From positions 124,001-188,000 of the forward strand of contig MU005978.1 in NCBI GenBank assembly GCA_010093745.1: a stretch of DNA of 64,000 bases. Direction: 5' to 3'. The translations under genes and the position numbers were made by a program. This DNA comes from Piedraia hortae CBS 480.64. Taxonomy: Eukaryota. Shown here piece after piece: positions 33,708 to 46,414 of this stretch (position 1 is its first letter; the number at the start of each line of letters is the position of its first letter). Under the pieces are notes generated by a model. It did not search any database. It saw only the letters and a program-made list of their open reading frames with translations, and was not told the origin of the DNA.

Positions 33708-35411
33708 TCACCCAAACTCAAACCCTCTCCCCCCGAACCTGAATCCCCCACCATTCATCATCCGAAACAGCACCTCCGGATCGACCTGCACCCCCGCGCC
33801 AGCGGATCCACCACCGAACCCCCCCATCCCAGCGGGCCCCTCCATAAGATCCTCTCCGGAATCATACCTCGCCCTCCTCCCCTCGTCCAACAGCGTCTCA
33901 CTCGCCTCCTGGAGATCCTTAAACCTCTCCTCCGCGGCAGCATCACCCGGGTTCTTATCCGGATGATGCACCACCGCCAGACGTCTATACGCCTTCTTAA
34001 TCTCTTCCTTACTCGCATTTTTCCCCACTCCCAGAATCTTATAATAATCCTTCCTCTTAGATTTCTTGAGCTCCAACTCCGCATTCCTCAACTCCCTCGC
34101 CAGCGCGACATCGCCAGGCGCGTCCGCCACAAGGGCCTGGTACGCGCGCACCGCACCCTCCCAATCACCACTCTCTCCCAAAATCTTCGCGCGCGTGCGT
34201 GCCGCATTGACGTATCCCGGATCAAACACAAGGGCACGATCACAATCAGAAATTGCCTCCTCGAACCGGCCAAGTTTCGCCGCCGCCATAGCTCTATTCC
34301 TCAAAATCTTCGCAGCGGTGGGTTTGTTGCCCTCATCCGCCTCCAACGCAGCATTGTACGCCTCAATCGCATTCTCAAACCTCCCCGTCTTAAACAATCG
34401 ATTGCCCTCCTCCTTCTTCCTCTCCAGCGTCTGAATCTTTCGAAGAAGCAGGGCCGCTTCGCGGAAGTCGGGGTCATAGGACAGCGCAGACCGAAAATGG
34501 GTGATTGCTTTTTCGTTTTCGCCTTGAGCGGAGAGGGCGCGGCCGCGGAGGAGGAGGGCTTCTGCATCCGTGGGATTGAGACGCAGGAGATCGGTAGAGA
34601 TGCTTTGCGCGCTGCCGAGACTGTTGATGTTGTTCATTTTGAGGTAGGCGTTTCCACGCATGAGGCGCCATTTGCGGGGCGGGGGAACGGAGGAGGCGAG
34701 ACCTTTCTCCGCTTGGTCGAGCGCATGGAGGGCTAGTGAGCCGCCTGTCCCGGTGCGAAGGTTTTCCTCGGCCTGGGTGATGTGGGCTTGCATTTGGAGG
34801 GCGGCGGCACGGTCTTTGGCGGTTGCGGGTGGGGTCATGGAGGCGTAGATTTCTAGGGCGTCTTGGGGACGGCCGAGGGAAGTGTGGATTTTGGCTAGGC
34901 GGTGGAGGATTTTGGGGTTATTGGGGGAGAGGTGGGAGGCGGAGATGCAGTCTTCTAATGCATCGGTCCAGCGCCCAGCGGCCATGTAGGCTGCTGCGCG
35001 GTTGGAGAGGTAGGTGGACGACCCTGGGTCGGCGGCGATGGCACGCGTGTATTCTTGGGCGGCTTGGTCGTACTGCCCCGCGGCGTACAACTTGTTGCCG
35101 GCGGCCTTGAATTCTTCGGCATCGGGAGCTTTGTGAGGCGGCGGGGGAGGTGGTTGGGTGTCTGCGTGGTCTGGCTGCTCTTTGTTCTGGTCTGCTTTCC
35201 CAGTTTTCTCTGCCTGTCTTTTGCTGGGCTTGGAGGTGCTCTCTCTTCCCTGGCCCGAAAGCGTCCGGTTCGGTTTCTCCTCAGACGGCTGACTGCCCAT
35301 GGTGCGGCCGACGTAAAAGTTGAGCGGATGCTCCTCTTCCGTCTTGCGCTTCTTCCTGTCCGACCTCGGCGCTCCAGCCGTCGACGGTTTGCGAGAAAAA
35401 AGCGACGGCAT
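33708..35411 (-). CDS. DNAJC7: DNAJC7-type TPR + J-domain co-chaperone
   Basis: TPRs ([31 protein letters not shown]); [16 protein letters not shown]...HHPDKN. ATG 35411 preferred over 35471. Confidence 0.93.
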   Translation of the reverse strand: MPSLFSRKPSTAGAPRSDRKKRKTEEEHPLNFYVGRTMGSQPSEEKPNRTLSGQGRESTSKPSKRQAEKTGKADQNKEQPDHADTQPPPPPPHKAPDAEEFKAAGNKLYAAGQYDQAAQEYTRAIAADPGSSTYLSNRAAAYMAAGRWTDALEDCISASHLSPNNPKILHRLAKIHTSLGRPQDALEIYASMTPPATAKDRAAALQMQAHITQAEENLRTGTGGSLALHALDQAEKGLASSVPPPRKWRLMRGNAYLKMNNINSLGSAQSISTDLLRLNPTDAEALLLRGRALSAQGENEKAITHFRSALSYDPDFREAALLLRKIQTLERKKEEGNRLFKTGRFENAIEAYNAALEADEGNKPTAAKILRNRAMAAAKLGRFEEAISDCDRALVFDPGYVNAARTRAKILGESGDWEGAVRAYQALVADAPGDVALARELRNAELELKKSKRKDYYKILGVGKNASKEEIKKAYRRLAVVHHPDKNPGDAAAEERFKDLQEASETLLDEGRRARYDSGEDLMEGPAGMGGFGGGSAGAGVQVDPEVLFRMMNGGGFRFGGRGFEFG

Positions 35412-35560
35412 CGGGAACGGAATAGCGCAAAGGCTAAATTGTGTGTTTTTTGGTCGACATGTGATGCGCATACACCTTTACATCCAATTTACATTGCGCT
35501 TACACTGCTTTACCTTGTATTGCACAGTTATTATCTATAGTACACAGCGAGCCTACACGG

Positions 35561-38500
35561 CTATGCTTTTCTCCTCTTCGGATGGGCAGTCTTCTTCTTT
35601 GGCGTGGTCTGCTTGCCCTCGCCGTTAATGTAGCGGACAATCTCGTCGAGGTTCTTGCGCTCGGCAATGGGCGTCTGCGAGACCGGCTGGGCGACCGGCT
35701 CGACCTCACGACGGAGACGGCTCTGAAGCAGGCGACGTGGTAGCAGCGTATTGGATTGCGCGAGAGCCGCTTTTGCCTGATTGACGGCAGAATGGGTCAG
35801 CGTCTCGTACCACATCTCGGCCTCTTTGGTGTTGGCGTTGTCCGGGCCAAGCTCGGCCTTGAAGATGCTATAACTCTCCTTCATCTTGCTGACGGCCTGT
35901 CGCGGATCCTGGTCCAGCGCAAGCGCCTGCGCATACTGGAACAGTAGCGTTGCCGTGTTGACAGACTGCCGTCCGGCGATCCCCTCGCAAATGTCCAGCG
36001 ACGCCTCAAACCACAGCCGCGACTGACGGTACTGTTTCAGCGTCTGCAGCATCACGGCTGCGTTGTTTATAGTGGTGATTGAATCTGGGTGCCTTGGCCC
36101 ATAGACGACTTTCCAAAGATCCAACGCATGGCAGGTATAAGCCAACGCTCCCGGAGTGTTGCCGGCAGCGTGCTCCATCAGACTAAGGTTGAGATAAGCC
36201 AGGATGGTCTCGGCGTGGTCGATTCCGAGCGTACGCTCGGAGACAACGACAGCCTTGCGAGCCAGCTCAACCGCAGCACTCTTCTCCTCGAGGCCATAGT
36301 ACAACGTCGAAAGCGCATAATAAACGCGAGCGACTTGCGGGTGCAGTATACCGTATATTTGTTCGTGCAAGCTGAGCGCCTCGAGGACGATATCCTGGCC
36401 TAGCTCTCGCTGGTTCTTCTGTAGACTCAAGCGGCCGGCATCGAGAGCCTCTTCAGCCAAGACGCTGCGTGGCGAAGCTTCTTTCGTGATTGGAACGACA
36501 TTCAAAACGTCAGCAGCCTCAAACGTAGTCGAACGCACCGGCGACGTCTGCTTCTTCTTTTTCTTCTTTCCCTCGCCGTTGGCTGGCTTGGTCAGAGAGT
36601 CCGACGACGACTGCTTCTCCAGCGAGCGCCCAAACTGGTACTCTCGAGCCTCCAGCTGGAAGCCCATCTTGAGGCAAATCTCTCGCAACAGCTGCACAGG
36701 CTTCCCGGGTAATTGCTCAAGCTCGTAGCGGAAACGTAGAGCAATCTGGTCACGGATCGCCGCCTTCAAACCCTCAGGAGTGACTTTTGCAAAGCTAAAG
36801 TCAACGTCGGGGTACAAGTCCTTCAGACCGTCGTCCAGCTCAGCACGTGGATGGCTATTGACCTCGCTGCCGAGCAAACAGTTCAACAAGTGGCTTATAC
36901 AGCTCTGGGCAAAGCAAGGAGGCAGCTTCTTCAGATGGAAATTGCACACATGCTTCAAGGCACGGGCAACCATTTCCTGGTGGGCCAGCTGCCGTAATGC
37001 GGCCAGTCGACCGTCCTTGGATTTAGCACACTGTCGAGCAAGCTCACTCAGGTAGCGAACGTTGATACCGCGTTTGTGCATTTCCCGCACGAGGCTTTGG
37101 CCGTCCATGGGGAAGCCAGCATCGCCGTCTTGCATGTCCCGGATAAGCTTTGGCAGCACTTGAGCAGCGAGGAATTCGCATGCTGCTCGGACGTCAGCCT
37201 CGTCACGCTCCCACTCGGCCTTTTCCTCGTCGGTCTGGGGCTTCTGTCCGCTGCAAACGTCGGGATTAAGAGCAAAGGAGAAGTTGGAAAGGTCGACTTC
37301 CTGGTGTTCTTCCGTCTTGCTGGCAGTCTCGGACTTTTCACCGTTGACAGCCTTGTCGGCCTTGTCAGCGTCGTCAGCGTCGTCAGCGCCGTCAGCGCCG
37401 TCAGCGCCGTCAGCGCCAGCAGCAGCCTTGCCATTGACCTCGCCATTCGCTTTTGCATCGCCGCTCTTTGCCAACTGCTGAGCAATATACTCTCGCAACT
37501 TCAGCACACGAAGCGATTCCACCAGCTCTGGGCGGAGAACGGCCATGTGATGGGGATACTGCTTCTCAGAGCCGTCGCGGTACTTTTCCAGCCAAACAAC
37601 ATCAAGCGGCGTGGTGCGGTACATGTCAAGCACGTACTTGCGGCCGTCGGTTCCCAGAAGGCCCTTGGTCTCCACGCTGGCTTCGAGTTCATGTTTCTTG
37701 CCCTCCTTGTCCCAGACGGCATGAGGCTTAACACGCATCGCCCGGCTGAGTTGGGCAAACGGCCGAACAAAGGCGTCGTGGGTTGCGACGGTATCCCTGC
37801 CCTCGACACCGCCGTAGTCGATCTGGTGCTCGCCGGGCTCGCGCTGCTTGAATATACCCGGCACGATGCTCTGACCGACGACTCTGCGGCCGAGATAATC
37901 AACAACCACCGTTGCTGGCGTAAAGAGTCCGTCGACGTCGAGCTGGTTGACGTTCCTCACTCCCTGGACGTCTTTAGCAGTGGCAACACGGGCAGCCTCG
38001 TCCCCGCCCTCGTTGGCAAAAGTACCGACGCCATCTGCACCAAAGGAGTAAAAAATGTTGTTGTGCAAGAAGATCTGAGCGTCTTTGGCCTCTGTTGGGT
38101 TAAGGGCCTGGACTTCTCCCCGAGCTACGAGAACAGCGCCACGGACGGCGGCGTCGTTATACTCTGTAAACAGTTTGCTGTTGAGCTGCTCCCGGAAGAC
38201 GCGCTCCTGGATGGTTTCCTTGGGAAGCTCCCGCGTTGACTGAAACTCTTCGTTCCAATCCCTCAAGTTGTCGTTGCCGTCGGCTCCCGCTAGTAGGAAT
38301 GATTCCTGCGTTCTTACACGGTCAGGCTGGTGTTGCGTTGTTCGGGGAGCCAGCCACGGGGCAGCGGGGATGCTGTTGAGCAGAGCGTAAGAAGCCAAGG
38401 CATCTTTTCGGCCGTTGTACTCTTGCAGCTGCCGGAAAGAAGCATCAAAAGAGGGTGAGATCTCAGAAAGCAGCGTGATCAGAGAATGAGCATGCAAACC

Positions 38501-39396
38501 ACCTTTGGGCGAGGGATCGAACTTTGAAACGGTGGACTTGTTCACATAGAAGCCGGTGACATGGGACGTGATGTGGTGCTGTTCGCCCTCGTTGGTCGTC
38601 ACCTGGAGGTAGAGCAGATGGCCCTGCATGCGCTGGGCAAACGGCGGCGGGTTCCAATCCGACAAACACAGGCTCTTGACCGTCTTTGGCGCCGCCTCTT
38701 GCGTTGAACGAGGCAGCAGCACCGAGTTGGGAGCGGCCGCAGTGACATTGTAGTTCTCAACGTTGCCCGTCTGAGGGACGCCGTCGCAGAGACTGATGCC
38801 GGCGTCAATGCCGCTGACATAGTCGACACGGCTTCCAGCTGCGCCAATCAAGTCGCGCATGCGCACAAAGTGCAGACGAGCCTGGGACTCGGTGTAGGGA
38901 TCCTCGACCAGCTGCAGCTTGGGGTCCTTGGCCACTTCTGGCAGCTCCGAGAGCTCGACAAAGTCGCTGAGGCGCTGGCCGCGGTGCTGGAGGTGGAAGC
39001 ACGAATACTGGAACGTGTGCGGCGTGTCAACGATGGCCTGGCGCACGTTCTGCATCGACTCCTGCGACGACACAATCACCTCCGTCTGGCCCGGCGGATG
39101 CGGCAGTCGGACCGTCAGCTTGAACACGTCGGCCGTGTCGTCTTTTGCAGCATTGTCCTTGGCGGCAGTGTCCTTGCCTGCGGCGTCTTTGCTGGTAGCA
39201 GCAACATGCTTTGGCTGGCCATGTTTAGGCTGCCCGTCCTTGGCTGCATCCTCCTTGCCAGCTCCATTCTGAGCCAGACTCTCCTTTACATCCCCATCAA
39301 CCTTAAGCCCATTGACCCCATTATTGTCACTAGATCCTCCAACAACTCAGCACACGCCAACCCCCCTCCCCAAGCAGAGTCTTACTCACCCGCCAT
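35561..39396 (-). CDS. CLU1: Clustered mitochondria protein Clu1/Tif31; micro-exon 39390-39396, intron 39337-39389
   Basis: WNPPP..R.QGHLLYL, RDWNEEFQSTRELP, IDYGGVEG, ETKGLLGTDGRKYVLD, PMDGQSL..EMHKRGINVRYL, C-terminal TPRs; frame stays open upstream of the track's GTG to an intron and ATG GCG G. Confidence 0.95.
37350..37417 (-). repeat. Coding 9-nt tandem repeat (ADG/ADD/ADK) inside CLU1
   Basis: Repeated GTCAGCGCC/GTCAGCGTC units on + strand. Confidence 0.85.
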
Positions 39397-39464
39397 TATA
39401 TCCCCTCAACAAAACAACAACAAATACAAAAACACTAAAAAAGAAATACCTCTCGGTGGAGTGG

Positions 39465-39480
39465 AAAAAAAAAAAAAAAA
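39465..39480. promoter_or_regulatory. Poly(dA) 16-mer in the CLU1 / AAA-ATPase divergent promoter
   Basis: A16 lies between the two start codons about 195 nt apart; nucleosome-excluding role is inferred. Confidence 0.5.
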
Positions 39481-39591
39481 GAAGACTACCGTCCTGGTTT
39501 TCCCTCCGAAATGACCCGTCCCCTTCCCGAGGCGCGGGTCGGACCGTGCCGAGAAATCACTTCACGTCGCACAGGAGCTGTCAATCGAGGT

Positions 39592-41262
39592 ATGCAAGTA
39601 CACCGCAAGGCGCTGCGGAGGGTTCTCCTTTCTCCTCGCCGAAGCTCCCTCTCCTGGATCCTCGACCCCGCCCAGAAAATTCATCCCCCCTCCAGAATCC
39701 AGCGAAGATGGAACTACAATCTCCCCTTCGGCCCAACAGGCAACATGCCCACACCTCCCGACGAACCCGAGGGCCCTTCGTCCTCCTCCCCCAAACCCTC
39801 AAACATCAACTGGCGCGAGACGGCATTCAAGATGTCCGAAGCAGCCCTCACCACCCTGGCCTCCGTGCTGGTCCTCGGCCTCTTCGGCTACAGCTATAAC
39901 CTCTACTACAAAGCCCAAGTCCTCTCCAAAATCGAAAACGCCTTCGCCCCCGGCGACCCGCTGTTGGACCTCGCCGGTTCATCACCCCCCGACGACCCAA
40001 AAGAAGGCTGGGTCCCGCGGGCTGAACAAACCCTCATCGACAATATAATCGGTGGGAAACTTACCGGACAGTATCACCTTCTCGTCGGCGAGAAGGGAAC
40101 GGGGAAGAGTTCCATGCTCATCGACGCCATGGGGAAGATCGATGGCGAGGGCTGTTCCGTGCTAGAATGCCACTCCGACCCCGAGATCTTCCGCATCCGA
40201 CTCGGCAAAGCCCTCGATTTCGAATTCCACGAAGATAACATTGGCGCATTATTCTCCATCCGGGGGCCCAGGGAGGGAAACGCCCTCTTAGACGTCGAAC
40301 GCGCATTTAACAAACTCGAAAAAATCGCCCTCCGCCGCCGCAAAAAACTCGGCCGGCCACTAATCCTCATCATCAACTCCATCCACCTTTTACGAGACGA
40401 CGACAACGGTCGAGATCTGTTGGAACTCCTCCAGCAACGAGCCGAGGCATGGGCCGCCGGCGGCCTCGCAACCATAGTCTTCAACAGCGACGATTACTGG
40501 GTCTACGAACGCTTGAAAAGACACGCTACGCGAATGAACGTTATCCCTATCTTCGATCTCGAAAAAGACAAAGCAATCGCCGCGCTGAGGGACTATCGTC
40601 TCCGATACAAAAGCGAGGAGCCCGATGGGAAACTATTGGAGGAGGTATACAACCTCGTAGGCGGGAGGTTAACGTTTCTGAACCGTGTGGCAAGATCAGA
40701 TGATATGGTTGCTACGTGCGAAGCGATCTACGAAGCCGAAAAAACGTGGTTTTTGAACAACTGCTGGATTTTGGGTTCGGAAATGGACGACGATGTGATG
40801 GACCAGCAGAAGTATGCTAGTGCCGCGATGGTGCTTGCCAAAGCGCTTGTTGATTGTGAAAAAGAAAACATGGGAGGGAAATGTTATGATGAGGAGAAGG
40901 GATGGATCCTGCCGGAAATTCCACTGCATAAAGCACGAGAGATTATGACTAGGGCGGATTTCATTCAGAGTTATGATTCGATTAATCTGTTTGCGATTGA
41001 TAGCCACGCGATGGTTAGGGCCGATAGTGTGCCCATGATGAGAGCGTTTAGGGAGATTTGTGGCCAGGAGGGTTTTGAGGAGTACTTGAACGCTACGCTG
41101 CAGAGGATTGGCGATATCGAGTCGCTTGGCCGGACGAGGGAATTGACGATTAAGGATCTTTGGGATAATGGGAGGTATAATGTTAGGTTTGATGAGGAGG
41201 GAAAGCGGGTGACGTTTGAGGTTGGGGAGAAGAAGGAAGAGGAGGAGGGAGATGTACATTAG
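39592..41262 (+). CDS. Membrane-anchored P-loop AAA+ ATPase, probably mitochondrial
   Basis: Basic presequence-like N-terminus MQVHRKALRRVLL, one TM segment, Walker A GEKGTGKS, VFNSDDYWVYERLK. Confidence 0.85.
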   Translation: MQVHRKALRRVLLSPRRSSLSWILDPAQKIHPPSRIQRRWNYNLPFGPTGNMPTPPDEPEGPSSSSPKPSNINWRETAFKMSEAALTTLASVLVLGLFGYSYNLYYKAQVLSKIENAFAPGDPLLDLAGSSPPDDPKEGWVPRAEQTLIDNIIGGKLTGQYHLLVGEKGTGKSSMLIDAMGKIDGEGCSVLECHSDPEIFRIRLGKALDFEFHEDNIGALFSIRGPREGNALLDVERAFNKLEKIALRRRKKLGRPLILIINSIHLLRDDDNGRDLLELLQQRAEAWAAGGLATIVFNSDDYWVYERLKRHATRMNVIPIFDLEKDKAIAALRDYRLRYKSEEPDGKLLEEVYNLVGGRLTFLNRVARSDDMVATCEAIYEAEKTWFLNNCWILGSEMDDDVMDQQKYASAAMVLAKALVDCEKENMGGKCYDEEKGWILPEIPLHKAREIMTRADFIQSYDSINLFAIDSHAMVRADSVPMMRAFREICGQEGFEEYLNATLQRIGDIESLGRTRELTIKDLWDNGRYNVRFDEEGKRVTFEVGEKKEEEEGDVH

Positions 41263-41307
41263 TGATGTCAAGAGGCAATACAGAATTATCAAGACTCGGT
41301 CGTCTGA

Positions 41308-41916
41308 TTACTTCCCGTTAATCCTCCGCCACGCCCCTTCTTCAAACTCAGCCAGTTTGGATCCAGCCGCTCCAAGCCATCCCTTAGCGGTATCCACCAA
41401 GCTGCTATCTCCGAGGGACATTCTCTTACTCTGCTGGCCCTGCGGCTCGTGATCGTACGTTTGCTGAGCGTAGATGTTCTGTACATAGCCAGGAGCATGC
41501 TCGACACTTGAAGGACGAGGTGCACGTCCAGAGACGGGACCCATAGGCATGGTCGACCGCGTAGGAGCCATGTTCTGCTGCGGGGGAGGGATGCTAGACT
41601 GGGACGGCATCTCACCAGCCCGAGGCGGCGGAGGGAGTCTGCTGCTGGGAGATGCTCCTGGCTGAGGTGGAGGCGGTCCACTGTTGCCGACTGATGCATA
41701 GGACGGCACTGGAGCAGCCCCCGGCTGCGGTGGCGGAGGTTCGCTGCGTGCCTCCGTTGGAACCGTCCGGGTCGGTGATGGCTGCACGGACTGTCCCGGA
41801 CGAGAAGCTGGATAAGCCGTTCCTGTAGGCGCAGGCATCGCCGCCTGCCCCGGCCGAGCAGCTGGATAGGCAGTCGTCGTCGTAGGAGTATCGTTACGTA
41901 CCGGAGAGGCCGCCGC

Positions 41917-41952
<36 letters not shown>

Positions 41953-42060
41953 CGTCACATCGTTACGCACCGGAGAGGTGCCAGCCGCCGTCTGAGGAGT
42001 CACCCCCTGAGGTTTCTGAGCAACAATAGGCGCGTCAATATGCAGCGGAATAGGAGCCAT
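41308..42060 (-). CDS. Pro/Thr-rich fungal hypothetical protein
   Basis: Intronless 250-aa ORF; PPPPQPGA repeats; EHAPGYVQN and C-terminal AKGWLGAAGSKLAEFEEGAWRRIN. Confidence 0.8.
41909..41956. repeat. Compound coding microsatellite (GCC)n(GTC)n encoding poly-Thr/poly-Ala
   Basis: Read directly; flanked by a duplicated SPVRND motif. Confidence 0.9.
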
Positions 42061-42245
42061 GATGTTTTGTTAAGGAGAGTGTCAAATGACATCACAGGGC
42101 AATGGAACCAGCGACAACGAAACAATGAATGGATAAACTCTGGTAATACACAGGACCGTAACCACAAACTGTTCCATGATTAAGCCCCAGCCCAGTCTAT
42201 CGCACACCCTCTGCAATCCATCGGCATGCATAATAAATTTAGCAT

Positions 42246-43407
42246 TTATTTGAACTTCTTGCCAAAGAGCAGGAGCTGAGCCTGGTCGTAGATGGAGAGC
42301 ACACCGGCTCCGGCAACACCACGTAGGATGTTGGCGCCCGCACCCTTGAACAGCGAGCGGACACCCTCCTTGGCAACAATCTGCTGGGCAGCGTCAATCG
42401 ACGACTTGTACTTGACAGCCTAGATGTTGTTAATAGACATCTTCCCAACAAAATTGTCCTTTCAACTCACCTCGCCAGACGTCATCATCATGCGACGACG
42501 GATGGTGTCGAGCGGGTACGAGGCGATACCGGCACCCGTGGTGACGGTCCAGCCGAGCAGGAAAGAAGCAAGGAAGTTGCCCTCAAGAGGTCCGACAAGC
42601 ACGACAGGCTTGATCGAGTCGTACATGCCGAAGTAAAGACCACGGTAGACAATGATGCCGGTGACCGAGGGCATGAAGCCGCGGTAGAGACCGGCGATAC
42701 CGTCCGACGCAAGCGTCTTCCTGTAGACATCAACCAGACCGTTGAACTGGCGAGTGCCGCCCTTGGAGGCCGACTTGGCGTCGTTGGCCAGGCGGGTACG
42801 GGCGTAATCGAGCGAGTAGACGAAGAGAAGGGACGTGGCACCGGCAGCACCGCCAGAGGCCAAGTTGCCCGCCATCCACCACCAATAGCCGTCGCGCTCC
42901 TTCTTGAAGCCAAACATCGACTTGAACGTGTCGCGGAAGGCAAAGTTCAGGGCCTGCGTGGGAAAGTACCGGATCACGTTGGCCGTGTTTCCACGCCACA
43001 GCGAGAGAACGCCCTCGTCGGCCGTCGTACGACGGAAGCAGTCCATGATGCCGTCATACTTGCGGTCAAGACGACCGGCCCTGATCATCTCATCCTGCGT
43101 CCATTAGTCGATGTCGTCGAGAAGCTGCCGGTGCACATGCCTGGTTCTGGATGAGGAGCTTGACGCGCTCAATGGGAGCAGCTGCCGTCTTCGACACCGC
43201 AGCCGAGACACCGCCCACTGCAAGCTGTTAGCGCGTGCGCATCTGGATTTTCCGGGCGCTCAACGTACTCAGAAAATCAACGACGAAGCCGGGCATGCCC
43301 ATGACCGTCTTCTTGCCCTGCAGCATGTGTCAGTCTGAATGCGAACGAGATAGGGCGTTGCATACCTGGTCGACATCCTTGGTCGGGGTGCTAACGTTGG
43401 CCGACAT
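42246..43407 (-). CDS. AAC: Mitochondrial ADP/ATP carrier; introns 43318-43365, 43218-43268, 43095-43140 (GC-AG), 42420-42470
   Basis: [42 protein letters not shown], signature RRRMMM, C-terminal LLFGKKFK. Confidence 0.97.
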
Positions 43408-43559
43408 TGCGACGATTAATATGACAGAGGATGGGCGGGGGGGGGGTTAGCGAGAAGGGTGTCGCGAGGTGGAGGCGTTGATGTGGGAATTGAGAGGAAG
43501 AAAGCTCAGCGAAACTTTTCGGGGGCTTCGGCGCACGGGCCCACCTCCGCTGCCCCTAA

Positions 43560-43567
43560 CACGTGAC
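43560..43567. promoter_or_regulatory. CACGTGAC E-box (Cbf1-type site) in AAC/GSH2 divergent promoter
   Basis: Exact RTCACGTG match on - strand; function inferred only. Confidence 0.35.
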
Positions 43568-43757
43568 GTTCCGGGAGTGCCCGTAGATATCTGTTGAGAC
43601 CGGGAACGGTCGAGGTGGAATTGGAAGCAGTTGAAGTGGATTACTTGATCCAGTATACGAGCTGTTGTGTTCTTTTGACTTCAAGCCGAGCTATTTCTGT
43701 TCCGTAAAAGCCATGAGATAGAGAGTGACATAATCTGAAACAAACATCCAATCCACA

Positions 43758-45267
43758 ATGACCTACCCCCCAGCTCTCACAGCAGAGAGAAAAGAACACC
43801 TTGTAACTGAAATCAACGATTGGTCGATAGCCCATGGATTAGCGGTGCGACCGGGTACGAATCCCACCGGGGCCTTGGCGACCCCAGCACCAGTGACCCT
43901 GTTTCCCAGTCTCTTCCCGCGAGTCTGCTTCGACGAAGCCATATCTGTAGCCGAGGCATACAACAAGCTCTATGCAGCGGTAGCCTGCGACGAAGAATGG
44001 CTCGGAAAAATCATCCAAGAGTCCGTCCACCCAATATCGCCCAAACCCACACAACTAACCTACGATCAGACTCATCGAAATCGACGACTTCATAGCCGGA
44101 CTCTGGAAAATCCACGAACAAGTCAAAGCCGAAGGGTATGTCCAACCTCTCAATCTCGGACTCTTCCGCTCCGACTATCTCGTCCACCAATCCCCTTCGG
44201 GTCCTGAAATCAAACAAGTCGAATTCAACACCATAGCAAGCAGTTTCGGCGGGTTATCCACCCTGGTCAGTTCTCTCCACTCCCACCTCTCCAAAACAAC
44301 CTACCCCAAGGACACCCTCCCAGCAGGCTCCTCTCTCCCTCCAAACGATACAATCCCAAAACTCGCCGCGGGCCTCGCAGCCGCCCACGCAGCGTATGGC
44401 TCATCCCCCCATCCAACCTGCATCCTCTTCATCACTCAATCAGACGAACGCAACGTCTTTGACCAACGCCACCTCGAATACGCCCTGACAACATCCCACA
44501 ACATCCCCGTATTTCGTCTCCCGTTTTCAGAAATCCTCGCACGCACTACCCTCACCGCGGAGCGGGCCCTCTTGTATACACCGCCGAGCGTTAGCGAGGA
44601 ACCATACGAAGTAACCACGATCTACCTCCGCGCCGGCTACTCCCCCCACGAATACACCTCTCCCCTAGCGTGGCCCTCTCGCCACCACCTCGAACGCAGC
44701 AAATGCATCAAATGTCCCTCCATTCTGTCCCAACTCGCCGGTTCAAAAAAAATCCAACAAGTCCTCTCCACCTCACCCCACCTCGCTGCCCTCCTCACGC
44801 ACGAGCCCGAGCGGGAGGCCGTCTTAAAAACCTTTACGGAAATTTACCCCCTTGATGGGAGTGAGGAAGGACAGAAGGCTGCCGCGATCGCGATCGACCC
44901 CGCCAGGGCGGGGGGTTATGTGTTGAAGCCGCAGCGGGAAGGGGGGGGGAATAATATCTATCGTTCTGAGATTCCGGGGTTTTTGGGACGACTGGATAAA
45001 GGGAAGTGGGCGGCATTTGTGCTGATGAGGTTGATCGAGCCGCCGGAACAGCAGAATTGGATTTTGAGAGAGGGGAAGACGAGTGAAGGGGATGTGATTT
45101 GTGAGTTGGGGGTTTATGGCACTGTGCTGTGGGATCAGAAGACGGGCGAGGTGATGAGGAATGAGCAGGCGGGGTTTTTGCTTAGGACGAAGGGACGGGA
45201 GTCGGATGAGGGGGGCGTTGCGGCGGGGTTCGGGGCTGTGGATTCGCCTTGTTTGGTGGAGACCTAA
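43758..45267 (+). CDS. GSH2: Glutathione synthetase; intron 44021-44069
   Basis: APVTLFPS.FP, LGLFRSDYL, KQVEFNTIASSFGGL, ERNVFDQR, LAGSKKIQQ, YVLKPQREGGGNN, DEGGVAAGFG. Confidence 0.95.
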
Positions 45268-45603
45268 GGGGGTTTGGGTGGAGGAGAGGGCTTCATGGAG
45301 AGGATTCCTACCTGGTCGGTGGAGAGGTCTCGGATTTTATGAGGTTCGATAGATCACAGGCACAACTTTATGCAGATGTCATGTGTGGATTCATCTACCT
45401 TTTGGGGGCTGAGGAATGATACAGAAAGTAAAGCTTCCCTCACATTCGGTGAAGATGGTAGGGGGTAATATCGGGCAAATTGCGTGCCGAATACATGATA
45501 TATGGATTGATAGATCGTACAGTTTCGTGCAAAAAAAAAAAAAAAAAAAGAAAACGAAAAAACAACCCCACCCCATCTCTACCAACTACTCGCCCTCCTA
45601 ATG

Positions 45604-46371
45604 CTACGCAGACCCAATAACCCTCCCCGCTTCCCGTAACGCCCCCCTAACCCTCTCACTAAACACACTCGGTCGTCTAACTTGCAAATTTCCGAATGGG
45701 ATGCCAATCTGATCTGTGCGAACTTTGTACATCGCGACGCTTAATCTCAGCTGTAGGATCTCTGCGTGAGAGAGTTTTCTCTTCGCATCAACGAATTTCG
45801 TCTTTGGCTGCTCATCAGACGACTTCTGTTGGGTGGGTGTTTCCGTCGAGCCTGCATCCCTTGGAGGTTGTGAATGTTGTGAATGTTGTCCCTTCCCCGT
45901 ATTCGACTGCTGCAAGAGTTCAGTCCTCGACTGCGAAGAAACAGGATCATAGTCTATAAGCGAGGAGAACGATTTTTCCTCCGTCGGAGGTTCCACCTGA
46001 GGCGTCGTTGTTGGTGGGAGGACATCCTCCACCTTTCTTCTTTTGTTCTCACGGCCAAGAAAGATCTCAGCCGTGTCGGCCTGCAGGGACGTCCTAGGCT
46101 CGGAAAATCTGCTTAAACCAATTGCCTTCGAGGGCGAGATATGTCCATTGCTCATACCAATTTGTCTCGACGGCGAGAGTCCATTCCTGTAAAGACCGAG
46201 AGACTTTGATGGCGAGACTCTGTTATGAACGTTGAACGCCTTCGTCGGCGGCGGGATCGTTGGCTTACCATCCTTCCCACATCCACGAACATCGAAGTTT
46301 TCGTGATTTGAAAGACTATTCACATCCAAACTCTCCAACGCCACGCGTTTCCTCTTCAAAGCCGAACTCAT
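45604..46371 (-). CDS. Whi5/Nrm1-family G1/S transcriptional co-repressor
   Basis: C-terminal GTB-like motif LQLRLSVAMYKVRTDQ; N-terminal D-box-like RVALESLDVN; CDK sites SPSK/SPSR/SPSK. ATG 46371 preferred. Confidence 0.75.
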   Translation of the reverse strand: MSSALKRKRVALESLDVNSLSNHENFDVRGCGKDGKPTIPPPTKAFNVHNRVSPSKSLGLYRNGLSPSRQIGMSNGHISPSKAIGLSRFSEPRTSLQADTAEIFLGRENKRRKVEDVLPPTTTPQVEPPTEEKSFSSLIDYDPVSSQSRTELLQQSNTGKGQHSQHSQPPRDAGSTETPTQQKSSDEQPKTKFVDAKRKLSHAEILQLRLSVAMYKVRTDQIGIPFGNLQVRRPSVFSERVRGALREAGRVIGSA

Positions 46372-46400
46372 GACTCTTGACAGAACTCTGTTCATTCCCC

Positions 46401-46414
46401 ACGCGCGACGCGTC
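46401..46414. promoter_or_regulatory. MCB-like elements (ACGCGC + ACGCGT)
   Basis: ACGCGCGACGCGTC about 30-43 nt upstream of the Nrm1-like ATG. Confidence 0.5.

Noticed and set aside
37076..38239. 387-aa + strand ORF
   Set aside because: Antisense shadow of CLU1 caused by codon bias.
45795..45820. CTGATGAG...CGAAA hammerhead-like core on - strand
   Set aside because: No stem II or flanking stems; encodes SDEQPKTK inside a CDS.
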